Positions 1 to 13,800 of a DNA stretch of 64,000 nt are shown here, piece by piece. Every line of letters begins with the position of its first letter. Within the stretch, counting starts at the first letter, position 1. Both the position numbers and the translations under genes were made by a program. Origin of the DNA: Leptogorgia sarmentosa (lineage: Eukaryota). Under the pieces are notes generated by a model. That model ran no database searches and was not told the DNA's origin. It saw nothing but the letters and a program-made list of their open reading frames with translations. The DNA lies in NCBI GenBank assembly GCA_964658305.1, contig OZ210884.1, positions 5,022,001 to 5,086,000 on the forward strand, read 5' to 3'.

Positions 1-3000
1 TTGACAAACTTTTGTTAATGTTTTGAGTTTCTTTTAATCTCGCTCCTGTTGATCCTGACTGACTCAAACGCTCTGATCCGGCGAGATCAACGAGATTCAG
101 TGTTCCTAAATGAATATGAATAAGTGTTGCAGCAAAGTTCTCCTTTGATTGTGAGCTTTGATTAAGTGGAGTGCAATACCGCCGACGCTTATTTCGATTC
201 CGTAGACGGTCGGACACCTCCGAAATGGTCGGCCACCTCATTATATTACATGAACAGCAGCAGCATTAAAAATATAAGCATAATAATAATTTTAAATGGG
301 AGATCAGGCAGTTGGAGCAGTCGGTGTAATGGCAAGGGTGCGGATTTCCGTGCAGAGCGTACCAGGGTTCGATCCCCATCTGGGGTACAATATATTTTCC
401 TTATTTTTTTATATAATTTATATTTTCCTTAACTTTAATTTTGCCATAGATTTTTAAACTATTTTTTTTCAGAATACGCACATTATTTTGTCAATGTTTA
501 AAGTTAGGGTTAGGAATACGGTTTTGGTTAGTGTTATGCGCTGTTGAGGTGCTGAATACGAGTGAATGAGGTGTCCGACCATCTCGGAGGTGTCCGACCG
601 TCGACGGAAAATAAAAAACGCCCCTCAATAAAAAAAACCTAAATAAAAACGTAGTCCCTCAATAAAAAACGCTACCTTGGCACTGTTCTCCAGTAGTTTC
701 ATTACTTCCGGTCAATTTCAAACGGAATACAGAATGACTTCTTGAGGAACGTTCATTGCAGTTGGTCGCTGCAACGGCGCGGTTTTCGTAGGCTTTATGT
801 AGCAAACTTGACACCTGCAAATGGGATTATTACGATTGAAGTTTAGGTGACATGTGTTGAGAACTACTAATTGTATCCCGCGACTTCTTGCTGTTCTAAC
901 ACATTGGGATATAGAATCATTCTCATTAGTTAGAAAATTTGTAAATTCGTTCCAAACGCCTCACAGCCTTTCGATGTTCTAGGCGATGTTCTAAGAGCAT
1001 TGGAGAAATGTTTTACCAAAGCGATGTACCCAGCTCTGTAACTGAATGAAGTGTCAAGCCATAATGCGTTCGAGGTCTTGGGACTAATAATTTCTCTCTA
1101 GAATTTTTTAGATTCTAAACGTACGTTATAACGTAGCTACGTCTATACGTACGGATCGTTTGGTCTCATGCATGATAACTACAGTCTTTCTCACATAATA
1201 CCCAATCCGTATCAACGGGAGTATAGTATGATGACAGATATGGTTCAATCAAAGTTTAAATAGAGGCCGGCTGTGTAATTTTTGCAATGAAGAATTGGCC
1301 TACGAATGGGACTTTGAGAGAGCGTTTATATACTGTAGCGCATTTGCTTCTCACCTGGTCCGCAGATTGCACAGCAACAGTTTTCAAATTTGTTACGACA
1401 ACATCATTAGCTTGTTTCCCATTGTTGGTCGCCACTTGCTTAATTTCATGCTTGGTATTTGCGTCTGTTGAAAGCAGATCGCGGATGGTTTCGTTATATA
1501 TTTCCAGAAAAGATGCTTCCATGTCGTACTGAAAGAATACAAAATAAATTTGTATTGTTACGTGACATCGATCTAAGTAAAGTTGCTGAATCGAAGAAGC
1601 AGTCGATACACCAAGCTACAGTAAACTTTGCAAATACATGTATGTTTTAAAAGTTGACAATGAAATTGAGTACAATACTGTACCTTCCAACCTTTACTCT
1701 TGAGACTTTCACAAGTATAAAATACTTGTTCCATGGCACGTGGTATCATTCCCCAGGTTTTTCTTTCAGTCAGATCACCCTCCATGGTGAAGGTCTTCCC
1801 TGAACCAGTCTGACCATACGCGAAAATGCACACATTATAACCATCAAGAACACTCTGTACCAACTGAGAAATTTCCGAGAAAACAGCTTCTTGTGTTGAC
1901 ACAGGGGGGAAAACCTTGTCAAACGTGAATGGCAGTTTTCCTTGGGTACGTTTTCCACCACTTATGGACTAAATCGAAAAATTGACAACAGGTGAAATTC
2001 GCATTCTATTTTAATTTAGTTTACAGTACCCGAAGGTGTACACATATCCCTTAAAAAGAAATCGTGAAGTCAACTCTACCTAATTATTTCCACACACACA
2101 GTTACACACGTACTATGAGCTAGAACATTTTATGAAAAATGCAGAACACGCAGAACACAATATTTTTCAAACTGAAACCGTTGCCGTGAATGAAGGAGAA
2201 AAAGGAAATTTAGTGATGGGGATAAAGATCGACCTACATGTGTCATTTTCAAACCAGATTTGCCTTATGCATTCAAATTGGGGCTTGGCTTTCACGGTCT
2301 ACACTGAATATAAAATCATAATTTATCACCTCACTTCCATTGTGCAGCACAACGTCAGTATCGTTCTCGAAGTCTATTTTGGTTAAGGGTTTATTAGCTT
2401 CGGTCGGGAGACTGGGTCTCAAACGACAAAACACACGGATGTTGCCTTTGAGCTCCTGAATTGTGTTGTGAAGTTTTCGTCGAATGCTCTCTTCATCTCT
2501 CAGCTTCGCTTCAATGTCTTCGATCGTTTTCCGATGACATTCGATGGTGTTTTCAAGTTCGGAAATCAAGCTCGATTGTCGATTAATTTCCTCGTTAGCT
2601 TTTTTATAAGCACCCTGAATGAAGACGAAAGAATGTCAAATTCTGGGGTCGGCTTTTCACAGGCCGTACGTTCAACTTGGATTCATCTAGGCTTATCTTC
2701 AAGATGGATAAGCCTAGAATACCAAGACAGTCTAATAGCAAGATGGCTTTTTACTTTGGAATTTGTTCCTTTTGTGCGGCTAAGCCTGCATGTAACATGA
2801 GACATGATTGAGCGGTTACAAAAAAATTTAAATAGTTCTAAAAATTATTTTTTTAAAAGTTCCTTGTATGGTTGGTGCTGCTGGCATTGGAGGGCAAACT
2901 AGTCGCGTTTGGTGTGGGGGGGGGGGGGCGTACTTCATGTGATATTAATTCAAGGGACGCACAGGGAGAGATAACCAACCTAGAACAAAACTACCGCCTC

Positions 3001-6000
3001 CATGAGCATATGTTCATGTATACAATACCTTGGTAGCATCCAGCTCAGTGTTAACACTCAACACTTCCGAGCTCATAGTTGATATTTTTTGCTTCAACGT
3101 TTTAACCTCGTTTCTGGCCAGTTCCAACTCAAATTTAAATTCTTCTCTCTCACGATCTATTCTGTCTTTTTCATCACGTTCGCTTCCCAACTCCTCACGT
3201 AGCTCTCGTTCTATCGCAGATTTTTCTTCCAGGCGAGAATGAAGCTCTTCAGTCAGCGCTGATGCCTTAGGAAATAGGAAAACGGTTTTGACATAAAATA
3301 TGAACAGATTCAATATTTCGTGACAAAACTTTTAGACAAAGATCTTACTAAATTTTAAGACGCTTTAGTAGATTTCTTTCTACTTCCTTACGATTCAGAA
3401 TTCAGAAACCAGAAACCACTATCAGAGAATACTTACGGTACATGTACGTACATATAACTAACTATATATATATATATATATAGTTGTTGTTCGATAGACG
3501 ACTGGGACTGTATATTGAATTTGGCTTATTCGTGGTTTAAGCTGCACGAACACAACGGGCCCAGCGTGATCGAGCTCCTTATCTTATTTTATAGACGTAA
3601 AAACCCGACTGCAAATTTCCTCTTAATCACCTCCTCCATTTCTTTTTCTTTCATGACAACATTTCCTTGAAGTTGATGTTTCTGAGACTCCAACATTTCG
3701 ATTCGTTGAATGCTGTTTTGCTGCGTGGTTTTCATTGTTGATAAATATTGTTCCATGTCTTCCATACGACCTTTATAATCCCATGCCGCTCTTTTTGGGG
3801 CACCTGAACAAAACAAAATAAAAAAAAGTCGCGAAAAATATCTGGCGGGTAAGAACGGACAGTAGGTTTCAACAGAACCATAATGATTGTTCCACGCCGG
3901 AATTATTGCGATTTGCAATACTTCAAAATTTATTTCCGGTTGAATTTTATGTGCAGTATGTATATAGCCAGTCCAATGTCTCTTGGGCCTTGAAATGTTT
4001 TAGGCGAGTTACAGTAAGTGCAATTGCATTCTGTACCTTTTGTCTTTATAGCGATCGCATTTTCGCTTTTCTTAACTTTTGCAGCAGGCTAATAAAAAAA
4101 AATGCGAATCAATCCAAAATGATCATTTAAAATAACAGTTCAAAACTATACAGTAGATGCTTTAAAAGACTGTTTTTAATTATGGTGCATTGAAACCCGA
4201 GGCTTGTGTAGTGTGTAGTCTTACCGCCATATTTTCGGAACTTGAGTTTTGTCTCTTCAATGGCCTCCTGGTTGGCTGTGGTGCAGCGGGAGGTCGCTTG
4301 GACGTTGTTGTTGTCGTTGAGGTATTTTTACTGATAGTGCTTGCACGTTTGTTTATTGTGCTCTCCTAAAACATCGATCGATCGAGATATGTATTAAACA
4401 CAATAAAATATCCAATATACAAAACTCCAAGATACAATTAATCACGACATGAGATATGCGTAGCGCGCATGTTGCGCAGACTTTATACGGTGCATTGTCT
4501 ATCACCTCACAGTAATAGACAAATCTGATTGGTCGAAACAGAATCGATAAATCTCGTATCTTTTTGTGAGCGTGAGCTCCAGCAGGATACGGATTTTTCC
4601 CCCGGCAATTTATTCAAAATGGCGCCCAACAACAATGCAAATCTAATTTCTGACGAAGAATTAACGCAGAAAAGACAAGATTTGCATAACAAAAACACTA
4701 TAAAAAGTGAGAACGATGCAAATATAAAGTTGGGTGCGTATTTGAAGGCTCGTCGGATTGAAAACTATGAAGAATAGGTTACTTTCAGTGCCGACAAGGT
4801 GTATGACTTGTTTCGTGAAATTTAAATTTGCTTATAGCTCGGTGATAGACAAAATCCTTGTTCCGAAGGTCTGTCAGGGTATACGAGATTTACCCCTCTC
4901 AGCCTGGAGCCAGAATTCGTATCCCCCTCAGCGCTTCGCGCTTCGGGGGATACGAATTCTGGCTCCAGGCTTCGAGGGGTAAATCTCGTATACCCCTCAG
5001 ACCTTCGGAATAAGTGTTAGTAAAAAATTTACATAATTCAGTCCGTATATAATGATTGCACTCAGTGAAAAGTTTAGTGATACAGCTATCAAGAAAAAAC
5101 TGAAAAATTACGGTTTCGTTCTTCGTTTCCCTGCATGTGGCCAGAGTTGCACGACGGATAACTGAAACAGGCTGTTTTAGTCTTCTACCCGCCTGAAAAA
5201 ACAATTTAAAAAAGTATAAGCATTACTCTGTCTGTAGATTAAGAGATTGGATAACTTGCAGAACAAAAGCTCATCAAGATTTTCGTTGTTTGAGATAAAA
5301 CTAAGACGTGAAACCGAGCTGGAATCATTCAACCCTGCATGTAAAATACATTCTGTATACGAAGTTTCGTTAAGATTGAACGTTTGAGGGACGAAAAAAA
5401 TGCATTTAAAAAATTGTTTATTCAAAGTTAATGCAAATATAATTGCCCCAAAAATTAATACTTTGGTCTGGAGGTTTCAAAAGATAGCTATATTTTTGTT
5501 GTGTTGGTTGAAGAGCAAAGTTTTTTCTGACAGATCGTAACATAGTCATCTTTTTTAAATTTAAAAGTATAAAAATCTTCACTTTTCGCGGCAGAAAGAC
5601 GTAAAACAGCTAGAATTAAACAGGAAACCTTGTGTGAATCCAAAATATTGTTGTCTTATTCTACTAAAACCGTGTATTTCTTGCCAATTTTTGCTCAAAA
5701 ACAAGCCGGGTGCTTCAACAAATCATATGAGAAAAGTATAGGAGTTAGCGTTCCAGATCTATTATAGAGTTCACTGGATATTGACCACGTGATCATTTCC
5801 CGCCAATAAATTTGTTTTGAAAATGGCGACGTTCGTCCATGAAAGGCGAACGTTAACCAATTTTTTTCTTTGTTCAATGAAAAAACAACATGTTTTTGTC
5901 AAGAAAGTGAAAATACTAAACACTCAGATGCCCAGGTATTCTTAGAATTTGGTTATTTGGATAACATGTACGTAATTAGTTGAAGAATTTAGTATTATCA

Positions 6001-6418
6001 ATCAGAAATTAATTTTGCTCACTTAGGGTTTTACGAATAGATACATTGAAGTCAATTCAAGTCAAATATTTATTTAATAAAAGAAAATATTACACGGCTA
6101 TCTCGAGGATGAAATATCATACAAGTCTTCGCACTGCCGTGTAATATCATCCAACATACATATATCCACTTTGTTGGCCAATTTTCTTTATTAGGCAAAA
6201 GTGCAGGTAGTTATAGCTAGTTATATTTTTTGTAGTGTACCAGGGTTGTCAGCACTAAGGGGGTCAGGGGTGAGCTTTCTGCCAGGGACCCCCCATGGTT
6301 CTTTGTTGGCCACAGTGGCACTCATATGCACTGCACTCTTTTTTGCAAACCATGAGAGCTGGCAACATTGCGGGTGAAGTATGACTCAATGATTTCTTAC
6401 ACTTGGTTTGGAGTTCAT
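1..6418 (-). CDS. KIFC1: Kinesin-14 (C-terminal motor kinesin, KIFC1/Ncd-like); multi-exon, 3' end runs off the left edge
   Basis: Phase-consistent GT-AG exons: 6418-6401 (tentative MNSKPS), 5192-5112, 4365-4225, 4088-4037, 3803-3631, 3265-3029, 2614-2330, 1968-1684, 1528-1355, 814-676, 105-1. They encode a coiled coil, the neck [21 protein letters not shown]-loop [10 protein letters not shown], switch I NERSSRSH and switch [11 protein letters not shown]. The start exon is less certain than the motor exons. Confidence 0.95.
198..609. mobile_element. Non-autonomous TIR element (MITE) in a kinesin intron, enclosing a tRNA-like segment
   Basis: Inverted repeats of about 45 bp at 198-242 and 565-609 with 3 mismatches; internal GTTAGGGTTAGG at about 503-513. 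No clear TSD. Confidence 0.7.
316..388 (+). pseudogene. tRNA-derived sequence (pseudo-tRNA or SINE head)
   Basis: A-box-like GGTGTAATGG and B-box/T-arm GGGTTCGATCCCC at tRNA spacing. The acceptor and anticodon stems do not pair properly. Confidence 0.55.
4484..5012 (+). mobile_element. Decayed element with a 150-bp terminal palindrome; possibly a Crypton-type remnant
   Basis: Near-perfect palindrome at 4861-5010 centred on CGCTTCGCG. ORF 4529-4777 ([34 protein letters not shown]) loosely resembles N-termini of Crypton-derived proteins; this is from recall, not a search. Confidence 0.45.
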
Positions 6419-6909
6419 GTTTCTTATTGTGATGTAACTAGCGCTAGCTGCTGGTCTTTAATTTTCCTAAAATAAGAAAAATAATGAAATTTAATGTTGA
6501 TAAAATAATTAAGACTCGACTGTATTGATATCTTCTCTTGCACAAGTCTGGGTAATTTAATAGTTGCATGATTTAATCACGATAGTTTGATTAGTTGAAA
6601 CAATACTATATAAATATTAGATGTGCTGGAATCCAGTGTAACATTGCTGAACAACATTGCTGTTATTTGTTCCTTCATTTAATTCTCTTGCCCCGAAAGT
6701 GCTTTAAATGTTTACATGTTTACAACATTTTTTAATGCTGTTTTGAAGTTTGCCATGCAGCCTTGAATGTTGCATACTGTAAATGCACAAGTAGGGCATT
6801 CACTTGCTTCATCAATTAACCTCTGCAATGTTAGGTACACAAAATATAGCTTGAAACGAACTGTTAGTCATATTTTCAAAATAATCAGGAATTTATCAGG
6901 AGCAGCTTG

Positions 6910-7310
6910 AGCAAGAATCGATCATTTTGATTGCACAGACAGAAGAATACAGGAGTTGATCATTTTGACTGAACAGACAGACAGAAGAACACAGGACTCA
7001 ATCATCTTGATTGAACAGACAGAAGGATACAGGAATTGATCATTTTGATTGAAGAGACAGAAGAACACAGGACTCGATCATTTTGATTGAACAGACCCGA
7101 AGAATACAGGAATTGATCATTTTGATTGAACATACAGAAGGACACAGGAATCGATCAATTTGATTGAACAGACAGAAGAATTATACAGGAATTGATCATT
7201 TTGATTGCACAGATAGAACACAGGACTCAATCATTTTGATTGAACAGACAGAAGGACACAGGAATCGATCATTTCGATTGAACATACAGACGAACACAGG
7301 AATCGATCAT
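6910..7310. repeat. Tandem repeat of about 35-37 bp, roughly 11 copies
   Basis: Recurring ACAGGAATTGATCATTTTGATTGAACAGACAGAAGAAC-like unit. Confidence 0.9.
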
Positions 7311-7648
7311 AGATATTACCAATCATCGCAGAAATCTATTTACATACCTCAAATTTCCAATTTCTTCGATGAGAAGAGCAAATGAGTTACTGACAAATCT
7401 ATTGCAATAAATTTTCCTTCAAACTGTGTGGAAAATGGAGAAAATGGTTCAAGAAAATAATTCACTCCCTGATTAAAATCGCTTCGACCACAAAAATTCG
7501 TTGTACTTGTATATTTTGATTTCAAAATTCAAAATCTTACCGCTAAAACGACGACCAGCCGACAACACGATTGCTTTCCGACGAAACGACGATAAAACCC
7601 GACGTTGCATCCCGCAAACAGGTAAACGAATGAAGGATAAAGAGCGTC

Positions 7649-9712
7649 CACTGAGCTATACTTATTTATCTGGAGATCGGGCTCTCCTAAAACTTCATAT
7701 AAAAAATGACAAAAAAGTGTCCGCAAAAACATGGCGGATTTTGACCAAATTTACGTCATTTTGACGTCATAATTATGCATATTTTCATGATAAAGACCAC
7801 TGACAAGCAAAAATGCGGCGAATGAATGAGAAATTAAAGTATTTTCACCCCCCTTGAAATTAAAAATCCTTATTAAATTGTTGTACAATTTGCCTGCAAA
7901 GATATATTTTTATCTAAAAATTGTCGAAAAGTGTTAATCAGCTGAATTTTCGCTCATTCATACTGCTGGAACTTGGACAGAAGAAAGGATGTATCCCTTT
8001 AGCGGTAAGAAATTTATATTAACGCTCTAGGCTCGATACTTTTTGGTTGTAAACATTTTAAAAATGTTGGACGATTTTTTAATGCATGTGCTTCAACAAA
8101 AACACAGCATCTAAGCACTTATTGTTTGTGTAGATCTTGCTTTAGTTTTTATTTATCTGGGAACATGTTGTTTTATGTTTCACACAAGCAATAACAAGAG
8201 TATTTATTGTGTTCATTTTTGAATTTCCAGTTTTAGTCAAAAGTCCCAGGTTGTTCTGACTTCTGAGGTGGATTATTTAACCTAGTTTGTTCCTGTGAGG
8301 GATAGACATATATAAAGAGCATTTTTGTCCTGATATGTTTGGAAAGGATCAAAATGAGAAAGGCAAACTGACTACTCAAGACTAGAAGCCATATCCTGTA
8401 TTTTTCTTCAAAAAGATTGGCTCAAAATCACAAACAAGGCTGCATACTTGAATTATAGAATTAACTGGAATTATTAGTCAGGAATAATTTGTTGGTATTG
8501 CAAGAAACGGCATACAATTGGTGTCCCTCAAAGGAATTATAGATCCAGTGAGGCAACCCACCACTATGAACCTTCACTGCTGTGTTATTTATATTTGTCT
8601 AATTTATAGTAGTGTTTGTATACATATATGTTTATAAATTTTACTGTGTTGTCTATCTACCATGTGCATCAATTTAATGTTGATATTAATTGGCTTAGGG
8701 ATGTTTTGAGATCTCTAGAGTTTTTGACTTACTTTGACAAATTCTCATTGTTGTGAAAAATAGTTTTTCAATAAAATAAGATTTTATACATGTACATATA
8801 TGTTGATTTTATATTGTCTGCACACAGTCACCCATGAGGTGTGAATTGCATATTACCAATGCATCAAATGCAGATATCAGATCTGGCCACAATATTTACC
8901 ACAAATACAGGTTTTTCTACCTGGATTTTATACAATAAATTGCATGAATCTAGAATATGGGAGTACCTAATTCTTCCTCAAAAGCTGAAATATATTTTGC
9001 ACACTGATTGAAATCACTGTCAGCAGGCTAAAAATTAAAATATTTCTGATGTATTGACTAGAAAAGTAAGATGGTACTGTATATCAAAACATGAAAATTT
9101 TTTTCTGAAAATGTGTATTTGTACTAAAAAACAATACAAAATGTTGTTGTGCCAGAGATGTCAGTGTGGTGCAAGTACACAATAAGTCATGTTCTGAAAA
9201 TCGGCGATGATTAGATTATATAAATACATTTCAAATGCCATGCAATATATAAAAGCAGTTCGTATCTGCCTGCCTGGTGAATTTGCCAAATAATGCTTAA
9301 GTGCTAGGGAAATATCCAATCGTAATTATCGTATATTTCATATTGATTTCATATTCGTAGTATTTCATCACATCGTCCTTATTCAATAGCGCTCGTTTTA
9401 AATTTATATTTCCAGTTTGAACTCTTGGTACATTAAATTCTTTCATTTCAAGCGAAGATATTATAATTTTACGACTTTGTGAAGTCCGCAAACGTAAAAA
9501 AACACAGTGAATCCTATAATATAAATAAAGCAAAATCTTCAAATCCAGGGGGGGTTGAACCATGACGCCCGCAGTCCAACGAGCCCTGGTCAGTGGACAT
9601 TCCCATGAACGGTGTACCCCAGCTGTACCCCAGTGACGTCACATCCGCCATGTTTTTCCGGACACTTCAAAGGGGAGAGCCCGATCTCCAGATAAATAAG
9701 TACAGCTCAGTG
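7649..9712 (+). mobile_element. 2.06-kb non-autonomous DNA transposon, P-element-like (hAT not excluded)
   Basis: 38-bp TIR starting CACTGAGCT (7649-7686 vs about 9675-9712, 1 mismatch), a second inverted block (7716-7739 vs 9643-9666), a perfect 8-bp TSD AGAGCGTC (7641-7648, 9713-9720), and a decayed THAP-like peptide IYKEHFCPDMF at 8308-8340. Confidence 0.85.
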
Positions 9713-10632
9713 AGAGCGTCCCGCCGTCCCCCCCTGTTTTCGCTTGCAAAAGAAAGAAATGAGTGACCGCGAGGGTTATTGGGAAACGAGTTTTTCGATC
9801 TGGACCCCTTAACCGGGCCGCTGCCGGAGATTATAATAAATACAAAATATACCATTTTATCTATATACCATAGATATACATATAGACTGCTTGCTCGTGA
9901 CGTCACACATGACGCAGCTTCTAATTTGCATGCCATGCTGGGAGAAAACGGCCTAATCAAATTGTAAAATGGCGGATTTATTAACTACGCGATGTAGACG
10001 TAAGCGCGGTGGTCTACTAAAAGAAAAAAATCTGTAACCACAACGAAAGTCAAAGTCATTATTCCTGCAAGAAAGGGAGAGCCTCCATTTATCAAAATTT
10101 TTCTGGGAGAGTATGCCACCGGACCCTCCTACATATCTCATACTCTCTACATATATTTACTTACTGTAAAAGCTATCTACTCACTCATTCACTTTATTAC
10201 GTGTATTCATTGATATAAGACAAGTTGATTAAAGTAAAAAGTACAACAATATAAAATTATTTTACTTGATTCCTGGTAGTTTTTATCTCGTTTGAAGTAA
10301 AAAATGTCCCCAATATAACAATTAAATATGAACTGCACTGCTTACACTATCTATGTAGTCTTTATAATGTATTTATTTAGTTATATAATGTATAGCAATA
10401 CCATATAAATTGCACTAAAATTGTTTTGTTCGCTTTGTAATTTCCCGTATCACGACAAAAATGTTTTTTATAACTAGAAATACTCAAGACGTTTAATTAA
10501 TGTGTGCATCATGATTTTTACAATTGGATTAAAAGATGAAACTAATTTGATGTGCACGTCATGGAGAACCAAGAAACGCAAAATCAATAAAAACGGCAAC
10601 AGTTGAAGAGTTAGTTGTCAACGCAACAAAGT

Positions 10633-10773
10633 CAGGGGCCGGTTGTATAAAAACGTAGTTAAAGTAAACTAGAGTTAAGTGCGAAAATTGACCAATCAGA
10701 AACGCGTATTTCAAAGTTAACTACCATTTAACTACGAAACGGGTAGTTAAGATTTTTATACAACCGGCCCCAG
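10633..10773. mobile_element. Short MITE (GGGGCCGGTTGTAT termini, CWG flanks; Harbinger-like)
   Basis: Inverted ends GGGGCCGGTTGTATAAAAA / TTTTTATACAACCGGCCCC. A related copy lies at 22718-22892. Confidence 0.7.
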
Positions 10774-10899
10774 GTCTTTTTGGTATGCACGCGTTGACAC
10801 ACTTGTCTCGAATGTATCATGCATGTCTGCACTCTCTCCAATCCAGTAAAGGTGCCAGGAAAGTGTTCTGACTGAAACCGCTTCATTAACATTTTCTCA

Positions 10900-13800
10900 T
10901 CATCTTCTTCTGGTTGTCCTTTTAACTGGTCGCCTTTCAAGTTTGTGAGCGAAACTTTCTCTACATATCGGGCAGCGAGTTCTGGAAAAAAAAGAAGATA
11001 ACTTATTGAGAATACAATAGACGCAATCGTCATAACGAAGAGCAGTCAGTTGTGCTTATACGAGTCAGACCACTGGTGCTAAATTGGTCATACAGAATTA
11101 TTTTATGCCTTCACTTATTTTGACAGGGTCCGTATACACAGCAAAACATTTCCCCTTCTCTACTGGCTCAACATTATTATTTTGTTGCTGCCAGAAAAAC
11201 GTGGGATTTAATTAAAAGTCGCAGTGCTTCTAGAGGGGAAACTTCCCTCCTTGTCCCCGTTGTGTGCGGTCTTGTATTTGGGGCAACGATGGGTGGAAAA
11301 ATACATGGAATTTAACGAGAAATGAACTTACATTCCCGAGCGAATCATCTGAGTGGCACACTCTTTGTGAACTTTATGGGAACATGGAAGGATCTGGCAG
11401 CCCGTGAATGCGTCCTGCAAATGGAAACATTTTCGAAAATTTAGAATGAATCTCAAGCTGGGATAGAAAACAATAAAAACGACTTTAACATGTTGCAATT
11501 AATTATGTTGAATTCAATTCGATGAATGTGTCCAAAGCTAGAATTTACCTCCAAGCAAATACAGCATTCGTCATGGGCGGAATCAGGTCGACATTTATGA
11601 TTTCCACGTAACTGAACATCAAGACAAATGCCACAAACATCGCAATGAAACGAACGATCACCATGAATTCTAAAAACGTACGTAAACTTATTTGAATCTT
11701 TCTCATAAAATTAAGGTTTTACGTGATGCAGAAATTACCTGCAAATGCCACATTTATCGCAGTGATAGGGGTGATCATCCGTGCCGGTAAGGTGCTTGCA
11801 TTTACCACAGAAGAAATCGGCGAATTGAGTGTTACAGGAAACACAAAATTGACCAAACTAGAAACAAAAAGTGAAAAATTGAATTTGTGCGAGAGTCAAC
11901 ATCAATTTTGTCATTTTCCTAGACCTATTTTCACCATACAGAAAAATAAAAAATAATGCTTTTCATTCATGTGGGATAAATGAAATATTCTTCTTCCTTT
12001 TTCTCGTCGTCTCTGTACGTTTTGTACAAATCAAAATAACCAAATTTTCCAGCTGTGATAAAGATTAATAATTGATTTTCCTAATTGAAAAGTTTGTCCA
12101 ATTTTGGGCAGCAGAAATCCAATAAATAGTTTATAAAGCATTTATTCATAAATAAAAGACATACAACCAACTCTTCTCAACTCGTTCCTACCTGCTGTTC
12201 TTTTCCACATTCCACGCACTTGACCATCGTCGTATCACGTGATTTCAACTTTCTACGGCCACACGTACTCAGGTTGTTATGACAACGATGACAAGGCCAA
12301 TATTTATCGCAGCATTCGAATTTTACCAAGCACCTTCTCTTATAATGATCACATAACCAGTTATCTTGTCTGTTGCCATGGCTTGACCCATGCATGCCAG
12401 CATCCGTATGGCTGTGGGTACCACCGCACCGTCCAGTAGGATTATGGGTAGTATTGCATTGAGATGGTGGATGTTGCAAGGTCCTCTCCTCCCTGACTTG
12501 TCCTGTCATCACTGAAGTATCATTTCGATCGTTACTTCGATTACCTAAAATTGAAAAAAATATTTAAATTTAGGTAAGTATATGCATCATGAGATGAAAA
12601 CGAGCTCTGATCAGACTTTGCCTTTATTGCATTTTCTATTTAAATAAATGAATGGGCTCGTATTTAATTTTTTTTTTTGCTTTAAACAATCCCTAATTAC
12701 GACAAGGTTTCCGCACTTTTCAATCGCCCCCCCTCCCCCCGCCCTTGACCAACGGGCGCAAAAATGCTTAACGTAATACCAGAAATATTTGATCACGTAT
12801 ACCAACCTCCTGAGTTTGTAATTGCGGATACATCAGGAAAACGTCCAGCTCTTCGGTGATGACAGCCATTGTTTACATTCACGTGAGAATTTCGTAAATC
12901 CACTTCAGAATTGTTTACATTCACTTGAGAATTTCGTAAATCCACTTCAGAATTGTTTACATTCACTTGAGAATTTCGTAAATCCACTTCAGAATTGTTT
13001 ACATTCACTTGAGAATTTCGTAAATCCACTTCAGAATTGTCTACATTTACTTGAGAATTTCGTAAATCCACTTGAGAATTGCTTACATTCACTCGAATAT
13101 TTCGTAGATCCACTTCAGCATTGCTTACATTCACTCGAGTATTCCTTACAGGTCTTTCCGACGATCCACGATTGTTACTAGTCGGCTGAACGACCCGGTT
13201 GGACGAAACGACTCGATTTGAGTTGCTTACCCTTCTGTTACTATTATTTCGTGTTTTATTCTGATAGGCCAACTTCTTCAGTTTATCATAGTCCCCTTTC
13301 ATGAATTCATTAATGAGATGTACCAAATCATGTCTCACAATAGACTCAAAGAATACACAAAATTTGCTCAAGTCCAATGCAGTAATCACTCCTTTCTTGT
13401 CCAACTCTAAAAATACTTCATAGGCGTTTAGATTACCCTGTATTGAAAACATTTCTTTCGCCCATTCCTGAAGCTTCATGATATCTGTAAGCAGCAGCAT
13501 GTTCGACATGGTAAGCAACAACAGCTTGTAAGCATTGCAGACATCAGCGGGAATTGAGGAAGAGTGTTGACTGAGGAGACTTATAGGTTCTGTATTACCT
13601 CCCTCTACTACTTCAACAGAGAGTTGTATCTCTTCAGCTGAAACATCGCTCTCATTTCTGGAATTTGCAGCATGTGCATTCCCGTCACCTTTCTGTTGGA
13701 AATTACCTGGACTTGCACTTGACTTTAATAATTCACTACTACCTGCACGAGCCGACTGTTCTCCGGATGAAGATGACGAGGAGGGCAAAGCCTTCATTCC

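Noticed and set aside
316..388. Functional tRNA gene
   Set aside because: Only the A/B boxes and T-arm are recognisable; the acceptor and anticodon stems do not pair.
6241..6370. Possible hAT MITE (CAGGGTTGTCAGC ... GCTGGCAACATTG)
   Set aside because: The TIR is weak and there is no TSD.
9869..9990. CATAGATATACATATAGA... as the terminus of a second P-like element
   Set aside because: No matching inverted end or TSD was found in the window.
12822..13181. Plus-strand 119-aa ORF with ENFVNPLQNCLHSL repeats
   Set aside because: It is the antisense shadow of the 42-bp coding repeat.
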